A stretch of DNA of 64,000 nt from an uncultured Alphaproteobacteria bacterium (GCA_963810045.1 CAWELV010000013.1:74939-138938), one strand, 5' to 3'; counted from the stretch's first letter, positions 30,531 through 42,465 are shown. A program made the numbers and translations. Notes: a model not told the origin generated them from the letters alone.

Positions 30531-31340
30531 ATGTCTGAAGTTGCCAAACATGACGCATGGAGTGCTGGCGACAGCTACGATGCCTATATGGGGCGTTGGA
30601 GCCGGAAGATGGCAACGCGGTTCCTCGACTGGCTCAAGCCGGCCGAAAAGCGCGACTGGCTCGACGTGGGCTCAGGCACCGGTGCTCTATCGTCCGCAAT
30701 TCTAAGCCGCTGCAATCCCAGCAGCCTTGTTGGCATCGAACCATCCGCCGGATTTGTCGCCACGGCGCAACGAAATGTTGACGGCAAACGCGCCAGGTTT
30801 GAAGTGGGCGACGCGCAAAAACTGCCGCTTGATGATCATAGTCGAGACATCGTGGCTTCCGCCCTTGTCCTGAATTTTGTGCCGGACATTCCAAAGGCCC
30901 TGTCCGAAATGAAGCGCGTGGCGCGGCCCGGCGGCACTGTTGCCTTCTATGTCTGGGACTATCCCGGCGGCGGCATGGGTTTCATGCGGGCTTTCTGGAA
31001 TGCCGCCATCGCACTGGACCCCGCCGTCGCATCCGACTTTGCTGAGGGCAAACGGTTTCCCTTTTGCACTGCCGCCGGGCTTACCGAACTGGTTACGAAC
31101 GCTGGCCTGCAATCAGTGGAATGCACGGCGCTGGAAATCCCCACCGTCTTTGCGGACTTCGACGACTTCTGGCGCCCCTTTACGCTCGGCGCCGGACCAG
31201 CACCGGGATACTGTGCAAGTCTCCCCGAGGAGGCGCGCGAAAAACTGCGCCAGAAGCTCAGCGATGATCTGCCCCGCCAGGACAATGGCGCCATTGTCCT
31301 TAATGCAAGGGCCTGGGCCATCAAAGCTCTCACCGCCTGA
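30531..31340 (+). CDS. Class I SAM-dependent methyltransferase
   Basis: YDAYMGRWS, WLDVGSGTG, VGDAQKLP, RVARPGG. Confidence 0.9.
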   Translation: MSEVAKHDAWSAGDSYDAYMGRWSRKMATRFLDWLKPAEKRDWLDVGSGTGALSSAILSRCNPSSLVGIEPSAGFVATAQRNVDGKRARFEVGDAQKLPLDDHSRDIVASALVLNFVPDIPKALSEMKRVARPGGTVAFYVWDYPGGGMGFMRAFWNAAIALDPAVASDFAEGKRFPFCTAAGLTELVTNAGLQSVECTALEIPTVFADFDDFWRPFTLGAGPAPGYCASLPEEAREKLRQKLSDDLPRQDNGAIVLNARAWAIKALTA

Positions 31341-31344
31341 ATTT

Positions 31345-31959
31345 ATGAAAGAGAGTAAAATCATTCTTGATGAAGTCGTTCCGGCCCGCAAGCCATGGGG
31401 TGCGCGCATTGCGGCGAACGATGTTCTCACCATCATCGATCTCGAAGGCCAGCAGGCCGTTGATTTCCTCTGCTATGACGGTGCCAATCCGCAAGACCGC
31501 TACTCCGCCACCAACACGGTGAAGGTCCAGGGCAACATCTTCGTGAGCGCAGGCAGCGTGCTCTATTCCGATAGCGGTGCGAGTCTCATGACGGTGATTG
31601 AAGACACGGTGGGCCGGCACGACACCATCTATGGCTGTTGCAGCAATCCCAACAACTTCCTGCGTTACGGCGTTCACACGACGGAGTCCTGCTACTCAAA
31701 CTTCGAGACGATCCTGCAGCGCTTCGATCTCGGCCGCTCGGCGATCGTGCCCAATGTGAACTGGTTCATGAGCGTTCCAGTCCTTGGCGATGGCAGCGCC
31801 GGCGTGGCCACCGCTGCACTCAAGCCGGGGAGCCATGTGGCCCTGAGGGCCGAACGCGATGTGCTCGCCGTGCTCTCCAACTGCCCGCAAATGCATAATC
31901 CCTGCAACGGCTATAACCCCACCCCCATCCGCGTAACCGTCACGCGCCCTGCGGCTTAG
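31345..31959 (+). CDS. DUF1989 / urea carboxylase-associated protein 2 (CgdB-like)
   Basis: IIDLEGQQAVDFLCY, HDTIYGCCS, SCYSNF, NVNWFMSVPV, SNCPQMHNPCNGYNPTP. Confidence 0.85.
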   Translation: MKESKIILDEVVPARKPWGARIAANDVLTIIDLEGQQAVDFLCYDGANPQDRYSATNTVKVQGNIFVSAGSVLYSDSGASLMTVIEDTVGRHDTIYGCCSNPNNFLRYGVHTTESCYSNFETILQRFDLGRSAIVPNVNWFMSVPVLGDGSAGVATAALKPGSHVALRAERDVLAVLSNCPQMHNPCNGYNPTPIRVTVTRPAA

Positions 31960-32020
31960 CTCTTAATTTGACGACAGGTTCCCGGGTCACGACACCACAG
32001 ATTCACCGCGCAATGAACTT

Positions 32021-33110
32021 TCAATCCCGCCACGCTAAAACACCTTGAGCCAGTTGGTCGATTTTTTTTGGACCTTCGCGCAAGACCAGGCGCCTCCAGG
32101 CGATGTCGCTGGGGCAGCAGGCGTCTTTGTAATTCTCACGAAGTTGATCGTGTTGCTTATCATTGCGCCCTTCGAACCGTAGCCAGCGGTCCAACCGGTC
32201 GCCCCGAAACATGCCGTAACCGTCGGCTGTGCCAAATTCGATGACGGCTCCGGCAATTCTTGGTCCAGCCAATTCCTGGCGAATAGCCTTGCAGAGCAGA
32301 CCTTCATACTTGGGCACTATGCCAGAGCTGAAAGCGCCACCACCCGCCCCCTTGTCATCCCACCCAGCCGGTTGCCGCCGTATGCTCGGGGCTGCCAATG
32401 TCATCAAAAATGAGGTGCACAACTTCGCCGTAGCTGCCAACCCCCGTGTGCCAGTCGATGTATCCGATTGTGTTTGCAGAACCCAGGTGATCGTTGACAA
32501 TTTCCCGAAAAATACGGTTCGCCCGCTCCGGTTCCTTGCCAGCATAAAAAAGCCCATCCGGCCGGTGAGTTTGCCCCTGCAGCATCTCGTTCTCGATATG
32601 CCAGCCGTGTTTGTCCAGATAGGCTTTGTAGGCCCCATATATCTCAAGGTTGCTGGCCGCATCATATGTTTCGCCATGATAAAATGGAACCAGCTTATCG
32701 TAGGAAGGGTTGAGGCGCTCGTAGCTCGCCCGATCAAGCAGGAAGTTTCTGTTCAAGTCGACATTGTTCTCGGTTGTTCGTGTGTTGTGTGAAAATGCCC
32801 AAGGATTGACGGCATGAACGAGGACAATCTTGATATCCTTGATGGGGGCATTGCCCGATTGTGACACCAGCCAGCGATGCAGGATGGCGGAGCCGCAATA
32901 ACCCTCAGCGCCATGAGTTCCATTTATGACAATCACGGCTTTTTCTGCATTGTCTTCGCCAAGCACCGCAACGTCGCTGGCGAGATGTTCGCCATCTTTG
33001 CCCTTCAGATCATCCAGCCCATAATTGTAAATGCGCGCATTTGCATCACGTGCGGCGGCAACAAACTTGTTTCGTGCTTCAGCGTAACTGCCGGAAAAAC
33101 TTTGTGTCAC
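32021..33110 (-). CDS. DUF2817 / M14-like Zn-carboxypeptidase family protein (frameshift near 32360)
   Basis: GTHGAEGYCGS, HAVNPW, ENNVDLNRNF, IDWHTGVG, IEFGT. Confidence 0.85.
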
Positions 33111-33301
33111 GATTGAGTATCCGATGTATAAAGTTTTCTTCAACAAACGTGAGGCCAATAAGCTTTGCATGCTGCTGGAAAAGCATCAATAATTTTCTGC
33201 GATTTTCATAGCTGTTGGAAACAATTGCTGCTTCGGGCCGCAATTCGAACCACCTCAATTCCACCCATGACAACCGCCCCGTCACCCCCTACATTACCCC
33301 C

Positions 33302-34395
33302 ATGAGCATCATTCCGCCCCGCCCCCTGTTTGACGACAGGCCCTCGGGCCTTGCCGATCTTGACCAGCGCTCGCGCAATATCTTTAGGCGGCTGGTCGAT
33401 ACCTATCTTGGAGACCGGTGAACCCGTGGGCTCGCGCACCATTTCGCGCATTCTGCCCGCCAGCCTGTCCTCGGCCTCGGTGCGCAATGTGATGATGGAC
33501 CTCGAGGATTCAGGCCTCATCTATTCGCCCCACACCAGCGCCGGCCGGGTGCCCACCGAGGCGGGCCTGCGGTTTTTTGTCGATGCCCTGATGGAAGTGG
33601 GCGCTGTCACCCCCGACGAGCGGGCCCGCATCGACGCGGAAATCGCCGCCTCCAACCGTCCGCGCCGCCTTGAGGATGTGCTGGGCGAGGCCTCGACGCT
33701 TCTCTCAGGCCTGTCGCACTGCGCCGGCGTGGTCATGTCGCCCAAAATGAATGCCCGGCTGAAGCATATCGAATTTGTGAACCTGGCCCCGGGCCGGGCC
33801 CTGGTCATTCTGGTGGGCGAGGATGGCGCCGTTGAAAACCGCATCATCGATGTGCCGCCGGGCCTGCCGCCCTCGACCTTCACCCGGGCCTCCAACTATC
33901 TCTCCACCCGCTTCCAGGGCAAGACCATTGCCGAGGTCCAGCTTTTCATGAAGCTGGAAATGGACACGCTGCGCCGCGAGCTCGACGAGGTCTCGGCCAA
34001 GATCGTGGAAACCGGCATTGCCGTCTGGTCCGGCGAAAGCGACGCGGATTCCAAGACCCTGATCGTCAGGGGCCAGGCCAACCTGCTGGAAAACACCAAG
34101 GCCTTTGACGAACTGGAGAAAATCCGGAAACTCTTCGAAGATATTGAAAACAAAAGGGAATTGGTCCAGCTTCTGGGCGCTGGCCGAGGGCGGCGAAGGG
34201 GTCCGCATCTTCATCGGCTCGGAAAACAAGCTGTTTTCCATGTCCGGCTCCTCCCTGATCGTGGCCCCTTACAAGAACAGCGATGAGAAAATTGTCGGTG
34301 TTCTGGGCATTATCGGGCCCACCCGGATGAATTATGCCCGGATTATCCCCATGGTGGATTACACCGCAAAGGTCGTGAGCCGTCTCCTCACTTGA
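33302..34395 (+). CDS. hrcA: Heat-inducible transcription repressor HrcA (two frameshifts)
   Basis: [57 protein letters not shown]. Confidence 0.95.
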
Positions 34396-34419
34396 TTTTT
34401 GGAGCGTTAAGGCCGATAT
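34391..34419 (+). promoter_or_regulatory. RpoH (sigma32)-type promoter for grpE
   Basis: CTTGA...CCGATAT upstream of grpE. Confidence 0.5.
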
Positions 34420-34451
34420 GCCCGTTATCCCGCACATGAATTGAGTTTGCC

Positions 34452-35015
34452 ATGAACGATGAAACATCACTGTCAGAGCCAAGCCTGGAAGGCGTCGAAA
34501 TGGAGTCCCCCATGGAGGCGGCTCCTGCTGACGAGCGCGATGAGGAAATCATCGTCCTGAAGGAGGAGACGGCAGCTCTCAAGGACCGCCTTTTGCGCAT
34601 GGCCGCCGAGATGGAAAATTTAAGGAAGCGCACCGAGCGCGAAAAGGCCGAAGCCACACTTTATGCGGCCTCGAATTTCGCCCGCGATCTGTTGAGTGTG
34701 GCCGATAATTTGAGCCGGGCCCTGCAGGCCCTTCCCTCCGACGAGCGCGACAGTGCCGGCGAAATTGAAAAGAATCTCATTGCCGGCGTGGAAGTCACCG
34801 AGCGCGAACTGTTGAATGTGTTCCAGCGCCACGGCATCCGCCGGATTGAAGCGGTGGGCCAGAAGTTCGATCCCAATTTCCACCAGGCCATGTTCGAAGT
34901 GCCCACCAATGAAAAGCCGCCCGGCACCGTGATGCAGGAACTGCAGCCCGGCTACGCCGTGGGCGAGCGCTGCCTCCGTCCTTCGCTTGTCGGTGTCGCG
35001 AAGGCTGAGGGCTAA
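34452..35015 (+). CDS. grpE: Nucleotide exchange factor GrpE
   Basis: LLRMAAEMENLRKR, FARDLLSVADNL, FDPNFHQAM, GYAVGERCLRP. Confidence 0.97.
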   Translation: MNDETSLSEPSLEGVEMESPMEAAPADERDEEIIVLKEETAALKDRLLRMAAEMENLRKRTEREKAEATLYAASNFARDLLSVADNLSRALQALPSDERDSAGEIEKNLIAGVEVTERELLNVFQRHGIRRIEAVGQKFDPNFHQAMFEVPTNEKPPGTVMQELQPGYAVGERCLRPSLVGVAKAEG

Positions 35016-35147
35016 GCACCTAAATTTTACTCAACTCATGGTGACACCGTTCATTCTCGAGCGGAGAAGCGCCGAGAATCGCCATCTCCGGCTCTGTCAG
35101 GAAGAAGATTCCGGCTGGTTCGCCGGAAGTGCTTACGGAATTGGAAA

Positions 35148-35743
35148 CTATAGCGGCTTCGTCACCCGTCTCAGTGTGAGATTGATGCGGCCGCCGTCTT
35201 TGAGCAAGGGTTGAGCTTCCGCCGATGATCCGGTCAATGCCATGGAAAGCAAGGCGCGATGGGCCTTCCAGGATCAGCACATCGCCTGACGCCAGTTTCA
35301 GCGATTGCGTCTTGCCGCCACGCGTGGTGCCGCCGATCCGAAAGAGGGCCGTATCGCCCAGCGAAATGGAAACCACGGGGGCTGAAAAGTCCTCTTCGTC
35401 CCGGTCCTGGTGCAGCCCCATTTTGGCATCTGCCGTCATAGAAGTTAACCAGGCAGGATTCCGGCGGATGGGCATAGTTCGAAACCTTGTTCCATACGGC
35501 CATAATGCTTTGGGGTATGGCGGGCCACGGCAGTCCCGTTGCCGGATGGGTGGCCTGATAGCGGTAGCCCGACTTATCGGAAACCCAGCCCAAGGGGCCC
35601 ACATTGCTCATCCGCACCGAAAACGGCTTGGCGGTTCTTGGCATAACCGGGGTAACCAGCGGGGCCTGTTCAAGGGCCTCGCGCAAATCCCGCAAAACCT
35701 GCTCCTGGGCGCTGCGGTCAAGGAATTCCGGGAGATATCGCAT
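35148..35743 (-). CDS. alkB: Alpha-ketoglutarate-dependent dioxygenase AlkB (frameshifts near 35432 and 35205)
   Basis: GWVSDKSGYRY, CLVNFY, MGLHQDRDE (HxD), VVSISLG, FHGI, GRINLTLRR. Confidence 0.92.
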
Positions 35744-35766
35744 GGGTATTTTTACGCGCCTATTCT

Positions 35767-35796
35767 CTTGCTGCCAAAGAAACATCCCACTATATA
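35767..35796 (+). promoter_or_regulatory. RpoH (sigma32)-type promoter for dnaK
   Basis: CTTG...CCCACTATAT upstream of dnaK. Confidence 0.6.
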
Positions 35797-35921
35797 CCGC
35801 CCGAACGATTTTTCCCTTGGAATCAGGGAAAAGACGAACCATATGCGGTCACAGAGGAGGCAGCAGGACTGTAAGCGCCTGATGGGGCTTTTCGCGCGCT
35901 GCCTGCCTAGAGGAGAAAAAC

Positions 35922-37847
35922 ATGGCTAAAGTTATTGGTATTGACCTTGGAACGACAAATTCTTGCGTAGCCGTCATGGAAGGCAAGAATCCGAAGGTTA
36001 TCGAAAATGCGGAAGGGGCCCGCACAACCCCGTCTATTGTCGCCTTCAACACGGATGGCGAAACCCTGGTAGGCCAGCCCGCCAAACGGCAGGCCGTAAC
36101 CAACCCCGAAAACACATTCTTTGCAATCAAGCGCCTCATTGGCCGCCGCATGGAAGACCCCATGGTGGCCAAGGACAAGAAGCTTGTGCCCTACAACATC
36201 GTCAAGGCCGACAATGGCGATGCCTGGGTTGAAAGCCGCGGGCAGAAATACGCGCCCTCGCAGATCTCGGCCTATACGCTGACCAAAATGAAAGAAACGG
36301 CGGAACGCTATTTGGGCGAGCCGGTGACCCAGGCCGTTATTACGGTTCCGGCTTATTTCAATGACAGCCAGCGCCAGGCCACCAAGGATGCAGGCAAGAT
36401 CGCCGGCCTTGAAGTGCTCCGCATCATCAACGAGCCGACGGCTGCGGCGCTCGCCTATGGCCTTGATAAAAAGGAACCGGGCGTCATCGCGGTCTATGAC
36501 TTGGGCGGCGGCACCTTCGACGTTTCCATTCTTGAAATCGGCGACGGCGTCTTCGAAGTGAAATCCACCAACGGCGATACCTTCTTCGGCGGTGAAGACT
36601 TCGACATGCGCATTGTCGATTATCTCGCCGATGAATTCAAGAAAGAGCAGTCCATCGACCTGCGCAAGGACAAGCTGGCGCTCCAGCGCCTGCGCGAAGC
36701 GGCTGAAAAGGCCAAGATCGAATTGTCTTCGGCAACCCAGACCGAAATCAACCTGCCCTTCATCACGGCCGATGCCTCCGGTCCAAAACATCTGACCATG
36801 AAGCTGACGCGCTCCAAGCTCGAAGCGCTTGTGGATGATCTCATCCAGAAGACCGTTGAGCCCTGCCGCCAGGCCCTGAAGGATGCGGGCGTCACTGCCG
36901 GCCAGATCAAGGAAGTTGTTCTGGTGGGCGGCATGACGCGCATGCCCAAGGTCATCGAAACCGTAAAGCAGTTCTTCGGCAAGGAGCCCCACAAGGGTGT
37001 GAACCCGGACGAAGTGGTTGCCATCGGTGCCGCCATTCAGGCAGGCGTCTTGCAGGGCGAGGTGAAGGATGTTCTCCTTCTCGACGTAACCCCGCTGTCG
37101 CTTGGCATTGAAACCCTGGGCGGCGTGTTCACCAGGCTGATCGACCGCAACACCACGATCCCCACCAAGAAGAGCCAGGTGTTCTCAACCGCTGATGACA
37201 ATCAGACGGCTGTGACCATCCGTGTCTTCCAGGGCGAGCGTGAAATGGCGGCCGACAACAAGATGCTCGGCCAGTTCGATTTGATGGGCCTGCCCCCGGC
37301 GCCGCGTGGCGTGCCCCAGGTGGAAGTGACCTTTGACATCGACGCCAACGGCATTGTGAATGTCTCGGCCAAGGACAAGGCCACCAACAAGGAACAGCAG
37401 ATCCGCATTCAGGCCTCTGGCGGTCTCTCCGACAAGGAGATCGAAAAGATGGTGAAGGAGGCGGAAGCCAATGCCACCGAGGACAAGAAGCGCAAAGACG
37501 TGGTGGAAGCCAAGAACCACGCCGAAAGCCTCATGCACTCGACGCAGAAATCCGTGGCTGAGCTGGGCGACAAGATTTCACCCGCCGACAAGGCAGCGGT
37601 GGAAGCAGCGGTCGCTGACCTCAAGTCGGCCCTTGAAGGCGAGGATGCCGAGGTCATCAAGGAAAAAACCAATGTCCTGGCCCAGGCGGCCATGAAATTG
37701 GGCGAGGCCCTCTACAAGGCGCAAGGCGCTGGCGGCGGCGCGTCTACCGACGGCGAAGTGCCGAACATGGAAAAAGACGAGGCCGATGATGACATCGTTG
37801 ATGCCGACTTCACGGAAGTCGGTGACGACGACAAGAAAACGTCCTAA
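35922..37847 (+). CDS. dnaK: Chaperone DnaK
   Basis: [43 protein letters not shown]. Confidence 0.99.
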   Translation: MAKVIGIDLGTTNSCVAVMEGKNPKVIENAEGARTTPSIVAFNTDGETLVGQPAKRQAVTNPENTFFAIKRLIGRRMEDPMVAKDKKLVPYNIVKADNGDAWVESRGQKYAPSQISAYTLTKMKETAERYLGEPVTQAVITVPAYFNDSQRQATKDAGKIAGLEVLRIINEPTAAALAYGLDKKEPGVIAVYDLGGGTFDVSILEIGDGVFEVKSTNGDTFFGGEDFDMRIVDYLADEFKKEQSIDLRKDKLALQRLREAAEKAKIELSSATQTEINLPFITADASGPKHLTMKLTRSKLEALVDDLIQKTVEPCRQALKDAGVTAGQIKEVVLVGGMTRMPKVIETVKQFFGKEPHKGVNPDEVVAIGAAIQAGVLQGEVKDVLLLDVTPLSLGIETLGGVFTRLIDRNTTIPTKKSQVFSTADDNQTAVTIRVFQGEREMAADNKMLGQFDLMGLPPAPRGVPQVEVTFDIDANGIVNVSAKDKATNKEQQIRIQASGGLSDKEIEKMVKEAEANATEDKKRKDVVEAKNHAESLMHSTQKSVAELGDKISPADKAAVEAAVADLKSALEGEDAEVIKEKTNVLAQAAMKLGEALYKAQGAGGGASTDGEVPNMEKDEADDDIVDADFTEVGDDDKKTS

Positions 37848-37857
37848 ACAGAGATGA

Positions 37858-37883
37858 GCCCCCCAGCTCCAAGGCTGGGGGGC
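37858..37883 (+). terminator. Intercistronic hairpin between dnaK and dnaJ
   Basis: GCCCCCCAGC-N6-GCTGGGGGGC stem. Confidence 0.55.
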
Positions 37884-37909
37884 CTTCCGATTCGAGGGCG
37901 TGGAATTAG

Positions 37910-39073
37910 ATGGCCAAACGTGATTTTTACGAAGTTCTGGGGCTTCAAAAAGGAGCCGACGAAAAGGCGCTCAAGGCCGCATACCGCAATCACGCCAAGA
38001 AATTCCATCCCGACGCCAATCCGGGCGACAAGGCCGCTGAAGCCAAGTTCAAGGAAATCAGCGAAGCCTATGATGTTCTGAAAGACCCTCAGAAAAAAGC
38101 GGCTTATGACCGCTTCGGCCACCAAGCCTTCGAAAATGGCGCAGGCGGCGGGCATAGGCCAGGCGGCGCTGGTTTCGGCCCCGAATTTAATTCCTCCATG
38201 TCGGATATTTTCGAAGACCTGTTCGGCGATTTCATGGGCGGTGGCGGCCAGCGCTCCAGCCAGCGCGGGCGTGGCGGCGGTGGTGCGGCGCGCGGCGCCG
38301 ATCTTCGCTACAACATGGAAATTTCCCTGACCGAGGCCTATTCCGGCAAAACAGCGCAAATCCGTGTGCCGACTTCCGTCTCCTGCGAAACCTGCAAAGG
38401 CTCCGGCGCCAAGCCCGGCACCAGTCCCAAAACCTGCACCACTTGCAAAGGTGCGGGCGCTGTTCGCTCACAATCCGGCTTCTTCACGGTGGAGCGCGCC
38501 TGCCCCACCTGCCAGGGCCGTGGCCAAGTTATCTCCGATCCCTGCAACGCCTGCGGCGGCCAGGGCCGCGTCACCAAGGAACGCAATCTCTCGGTCAATA
38601 TTCCGCAAGGCGTGGAAGATGGCACCCGCATCCGGCTTGCCAATGAGGGCGAGGCCGGCTTGCGCGGCGGCCCCACCGGCGATCTCTATATTTTCTTGAC
38701 CATCCGCCCCCATGAATTTTTTCAGCGCGACGGCGCCGATCTTTTCTGCAAGGTGCCGATCTCCATGGCGGTGGCGAGCCTCGGTGGCGAAATCGAAGTG
38801 CCGACCATTGACGGCAAGAAGGCCCGCGTTACCATTCAGGAAGGGGCCCAGGCGGGCAAGCAGTTCCGCCTGAAGGGCAAGGGCATGCCGGTGCTGCGTT
38901 CCTCGCAAACCGGTGACATGTATATTCAGGTGAATGTTGAAACGCCGGTCAATCTTTCGCGCCGCCAGCGCGAGCTGCTGAAGGAATTCAGCGAAGAGGC
39001 GCGCAACAACTCGCCGGAATCCGAAGGTTTCTTCGCCAAGGCCAAGGCCTTCTGGGACGGGTTTGGGAGCTAG
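37910..39073 (+). CDS. dnaJ: Chaperone DnaJ
   Basis: J domain HPD, G/F region, four CxxCxGxG repeats. Confidence 0.99.
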   Translation: MAKRDFYEVLGLQKGADEKALKAAYRNHAKKFHPDANPGDKAAEAKFKEISEAYDVLKDPQKKAAYDRFGHQAFENGAGGGHRPGGAGFGPEFNSSMSDIFEDLFGDFMGGGGQRSSQRGRGGGGAARGADLRYNMEISLTEAYSGKTAQIRVPTSVSCETCKGSGAKPGTSPKTCTTCKGAGAVRSQSGFFTVERACPTCQGRGQVISDPCNACGGQGRVTKERNLSVNIPQGVEDGTRIRLANEGEAGLRGGPTGDLYIFLTIRPHEFFQRDGADLFCKVPISMAVASLGGEIEVPTIDGKKARVTIQEGAQAGKQFRLKGKGMPVLRSSQTGDMYIQVNVETPVNLSRRQRELLKEFSEEARNNSPESEGFFAKAKAFWDGFGS

Positions 39074-39076
39074 GCG

Positions 39077-39365
39077 ATGGCCAAAAGCCTATTGGATCGC
39101 CCATGTCAGTGTGACCGACCCGGACCAGTACAAGCACTATGCAGGTGACGCGCCGGTGGCCTTCAAGAAATATGGCGCTATTTTTCTGGCTCGCGGCGGA
39201 CGCTCTGAGCAGATGGAAGGCAAGGGCCGTCCAAGGAATGTGGTGGTCGAATTTCCATCCCTGCAGGCCGCACGCGATTGCTACAATTCCGCCGAATACC
39301 AGGCCGCCCGCGCCAAACGCATTGGCGCAGGCGAGGCCGATATCGTGATTGTCGAGGGCGTTTAG
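39077..39365 (+). CDS. DUF1330 domain protein (indel just after the start codon)
   Basis: KAYWIAHV..YGAIFLARGG..RNVVVEFPS..YNSAEYQAAR..IVIVEG. Confidence 0.88.
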
Positions 39366-40130
39366 CTACTTCACCAAATCAAGCAGGCTGAGCTTTCCAA
39401 AGGCGGGAATTTTGATCGCAAGGTCATCGGGGTCAGCGCCGATGGTGCTGCCGGCGACGTGGATTTCCAATCCCTCGGCAAACGCCAGAGTGGCGCCGAA
39501 GTACCCGTTCACGGAAACCGTGTACCCCGTATCGCTCGGCGCGCGGGCAAACTGCAATCCGGGACCGAGATAGTCCTTGCCCACGGCAACCGGCGAAAGC
39601 TCTGCCGCAAATCCATCCGTATGCCGCACGACCCAGGACACAAAAGTATTCGAGTTCGGGCCGGGCCAGATGAAGTAGCTCCCCGATGCGCTGTAGGGAT
39701 AATTCTGAATGGTGCTTTTGATGGCCGGAATGAGCCGCTCCGCCGCCTCGCCTTCAAGCTCATAGATCACACGTGGCGTGTTGCCGTACCAGTAGGCATC
39801 GGCAGGATAGGCGTTCTCGCGCACCGGCGTGCCCCAGCCCACCACATCAAACCGGCTCCAGGAAGTTTCGCCTGCAAGCTTCATGACGATTGACATGTGC
39901 TCGGCAAAAATGCCCTTCCACTGTCCCGTCCGGCTGGAGAGAACCATGACCTTTGCCGTCTTTGTTACTGCGGCGTCAGGCAAAGCCCCCGACGAGGCCC
40001 AATTGGCCTGACGCCAGGTGGCGGGCCAACCCTTGGCATAACCAATCGCAGCACCCAAAGCCGATGGAACGACCATCGTCAGGACGACGAACCAGGCCAG
40101 GACTTTGAAAAAGCGCCGCACCCCTCGCAA
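39366..40130 (-). CDS. DUF3750 domain protein
   Basis: RTGQWKGIFAEH..RFDVVGWG..YWYGNTP..WPGPNSNTFV..AVGKDY. Confidence 0.8.
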   Translation of the reverse strand: MRGVRRFFKVLAWFVVLTMVVPSALGAAIGYAKGWPATWRQANWASSGALPDAAVTKTAKVMVLSSRTGQWKGIFAEHMSIVMKLAGETSWSRFDVVGWGTPVRENAYPADAYWYGNTPRVIYELEGEAAERLIPAIKSTIQNYPYSASGSYFIWPGPNSNTFVSWVVRHTDGFAAELSPVAVGKDYLGPGLQFARAPSDTGYTVSVNGYFGATLAFAEGLEIHVAGSTIGADPDDLAIKIPAFGKLSLLDLVK

Positions 40131-40199
40131 ATCTGCAAAACCCTATGGCGCAATTGAGGCACTTGTTCTCGGAGCATGACCATTGCTAAGAACGCTCCC

Positions 40200-40988
40200 A
40201 TGACAATGAAACTGGCAATAGCAGGCGCTGGCGGGCGCATGGGGCGGGTGCTGACCCGCATCATCGAGGAAACACCGGGCTGCGCGATAGCGGGCGGGCT
40301 TGAGCCCAAGGGCTCGCCGCTTGTTGGCAGCGCCATGGGCTCGACGGGCATGACAATTTCCGATGATCCCGCCGCACTGTTCAAGAAAATTGATGGCATT
40401 GTTGATTTCACCGTGCCGGCGGCCACACTTTCGCTAGTGGAATTTTCCGCCAAGGCCGGCATCGTGCATGTCATCGGCACCACCGGCATTGATGCCGCCG
40501 GCGAGGAAAAAATCCGCGCCGCCGGAAAGTCGGCTCGCATCGTGAAGTCGGGCAACATGAGCCTTGGCGTGAACATCCTTGCCGCGCTCGTGCGCAAAGC
40601 CGCCCAAACCCTGGGCGAAGACTTCGACATCGAAGTGCTGGAAATGCATCACCGCCACAAGATCGATGCGCCTTCCGGTACTGCTCTGTTGTTGGGGCAG
40701 GCGGCAGCGGCAGGCCGTAATCTTGATCTCAGCAAGCGTTCCGTGCGGTCGCGCGATGGCCATACGGGAGCAAGGCCGCAAGGCGATATCGGCTTTGCAG
40801 CACTTCGCGGCGGCTCCGTCGTCGGCGATCACACCGTGATTTTTGCCGGCAATTCCGAGCGCATCGAATTTTCCCACAAGGCGGAAAGCCGCGATATTTT
40901 TGCCCATGGCGCGGTGAAGGCAGCCCTGTGGGCGCGGAGCCAGAAGCCCGGCTTCTATTCAATGACCGATGTTTTAGGATTGGACTGA
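40200..40988 (+). CDS. dapB: 4-hydroxy-tetrahydrodipicolinate reductase
   Basis: [35 protein letters not shown]. Confidence 0.97.
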   Translation: MTMKLAIAGAGGRMGRVLTRIIEETPGCAIAGGLEPKGSPLVGSAMGSTGMTISDDPAALFKKIDGIVDFTVPAATLSLVEFSAKAGIVHVIGTTGIDAAGEEKIRAAGKSARIVKSGNMSLGVNILAALVRKAAQTLGEDFDIEVLEMHHRHKIDAPSGTALLLGQAAAAGRNLDLSKRSVRSRDGHTGARPQGDIGFAALRGGSVVGDHTVIFAGNSERIEFSHKAESRDIFAHGAVKAALWARSQKPGFYSMTDVLGLD

Positions 40989-41609
40989 TGAGCGGAACCC
41001 TGGTGCTGGTGCGTCACGGCCAAAGCGAATGGAATTTGAAGAACTGGTTTACCGGCTGGAAGGATCCCGGATCTTACCGAGCAGGGCGTGAAAGAGGCGC
41101 ACGCTGCGGGAAAACGGCTGAAAGCCAAGGGCTATGCCTTTGATGTGTGTTTCACCAGCGTGCTCACCCGCGCCCAGCACACCCTGAAAATCATGCTGGA
41201 GGAACTGGGCCAGACCGGCCTGCCGGAAACCCGCGACCAGGCGCTTAACGAACGCGACTATGGCGAACTCACCGGCCTCAACAAGGATGACGCCCGCAAG
41301 AAATGGGGCGAGGAGCAGGTGTTGATCTGGCGCAGGTCCTATGACGTGCCGCCGCCCGGCGGCGAGAGCCTGAAGGATACGCTGGCCCGGGCGCTGCCCT
41401 ATTACATGATCCATATCCAGCCGCTGGTGCTTTCCGGCAAACGTGTTCTCGTGTCGGCCCACGGCAATTCGCTCCGCGCTCTCATCATGGCGCTTGAAGG
41501 CCTGACGCCGGAGCAAATCCTCAAGCGCGAATTGGAAACCGGCGTTCCGGTTTGCTATAAGATCGGCGCTGACTCGCGGCCCCTTTCGGTGGAAACACTG
41601 TCCGCATGA
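40988..41609 (+). CDS. gpmA: 2,3-bisphosphoglycerate-dependent phosphoglycerate mutase (frameshift near 41070)
   Basis: [42 protein letters not shown]. Confidence 0.95.
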
Positions 41610-42115
41610 TCATCCGTGAACTGACGATTTCGGAATATGATGCCGCCGTGCCGAGACTGGCCGAGATTCTGGTCGATGCGGTGGATTCAGGTGCCGGCGT
41701 AACCTTCATGCACCCCCTGGCGCAGGATGTGGCGGAAGCCTACTGGATGAAACAGAAGGCGGACGTGGCCTCGGGCCAGACCACCCTCTTCGTCGCCGAT
41801 GAAAACAGCGTGATCGCAGGAACTGTCATGCTGCAAAAGGTCTGGCCACCCAACCAGCCCCACCGCTGCGAAGTGGCAAAACTGCTGGTGCACCGTGATT
41901 TCCGCCGGCGGGGGCTTGCCACGTTGCTCATGCAGGCGCTGGAAGCAAAGGCGAGGGGCTTAGGATTTACGCTGATTACCTTTGATACGGTGGCCAAAAG
42001 TCCGGCCGAAACTTTTTACCGGCAGTTGGGCTTTACCTGCGCCGGCTACATCCCGAATTACGCCTATGCAAAGGGCAAGCTGGACGGCACGGCCCTGTTT
42101 TACAAAGAGCTGTAA
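41606..42115 (+). CDS. GNAT family N-acetyltransferase
   Basis: [30 protein letters not shown]. Confidence 0.92.
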   Translation: MIIRELTISEYDAAVPRLAEILVDAVDSGAGVTFMHPLAQDVAEAYWMKQKADVASGQTTLFVADENSVIAGTVMLQKVWPPNQPHRCEVAKLLVHRDFRRRGLATLLMQALEAKARGLGFTLITFDTVAKSPAETFYRQLGFTCAGYIPNYAYAKGKLDGTALFYKEL

Positions 42116-42341
42116 TTACTCCGCCATCAGTTTGCGGCGGGCGCGGATTTCATCATTCATCGCGAGGATGGCTTCAGATGCCGTGGATCTCGCAGACCGC
42201 CGGCACAAAACCATGGGCGAAAGCGGCAAAGCCCGCCCGGAACAGCCGCCCGGAAAACCTGAATGCAAACCTCATATGCTCGAAATAACTTTCGCCGACG
42301 GCGGCGGGATGGGCGATGAAGAGTTTGGACATTGTTGACAT
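42116..42341 (-). CDS. Small DUF6356-like protein (frameshift near 42185)
   Basis: LFIAHPAAVGESYFEHMRFA..AAFAHGFVP; divergent from the Lrp/AsnC regulator. Confidence 0.75.
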
Positions 42342-42465
42342 GATTTGGTTCCTTCCCAATTGATTCGGCAAATATGTATCGCACTGAGGCGAAGAATTTC
42401 TCCCAAATATGAGATGAATATGCCATGATATTGGGATATTTTCCCAATTATGGAGGCAAGACGCA

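Noticed and set aside
30531-31959. 339-aa ORF 30940-31959 suggesting a long N-terminal extension on DUF1989
   Set aside because: The extension is an off-frame overlap with the methyltransferase; the domain starts at ATG 31345.
35148-35743. alkB nested antisense inside the heat-shock cluster
   Set aside because: alkB divergent from dnaK is a known alphaproteobacterial arrangement.
33200-35920. CIRCE element near hrcA/grpE/dnaK
   Set aside because: No TTAGCACTC-N9-GAGTGCTAA seen; RpoH-type promoters are present instead, which is normal for alphaproteobacteria.
36570-36605. DnaK motif [10 protein letters not shown] instead of DTFLGGEDFD
   Set aside because: A single C/T difference in an error-prone assembly; not interpretable.
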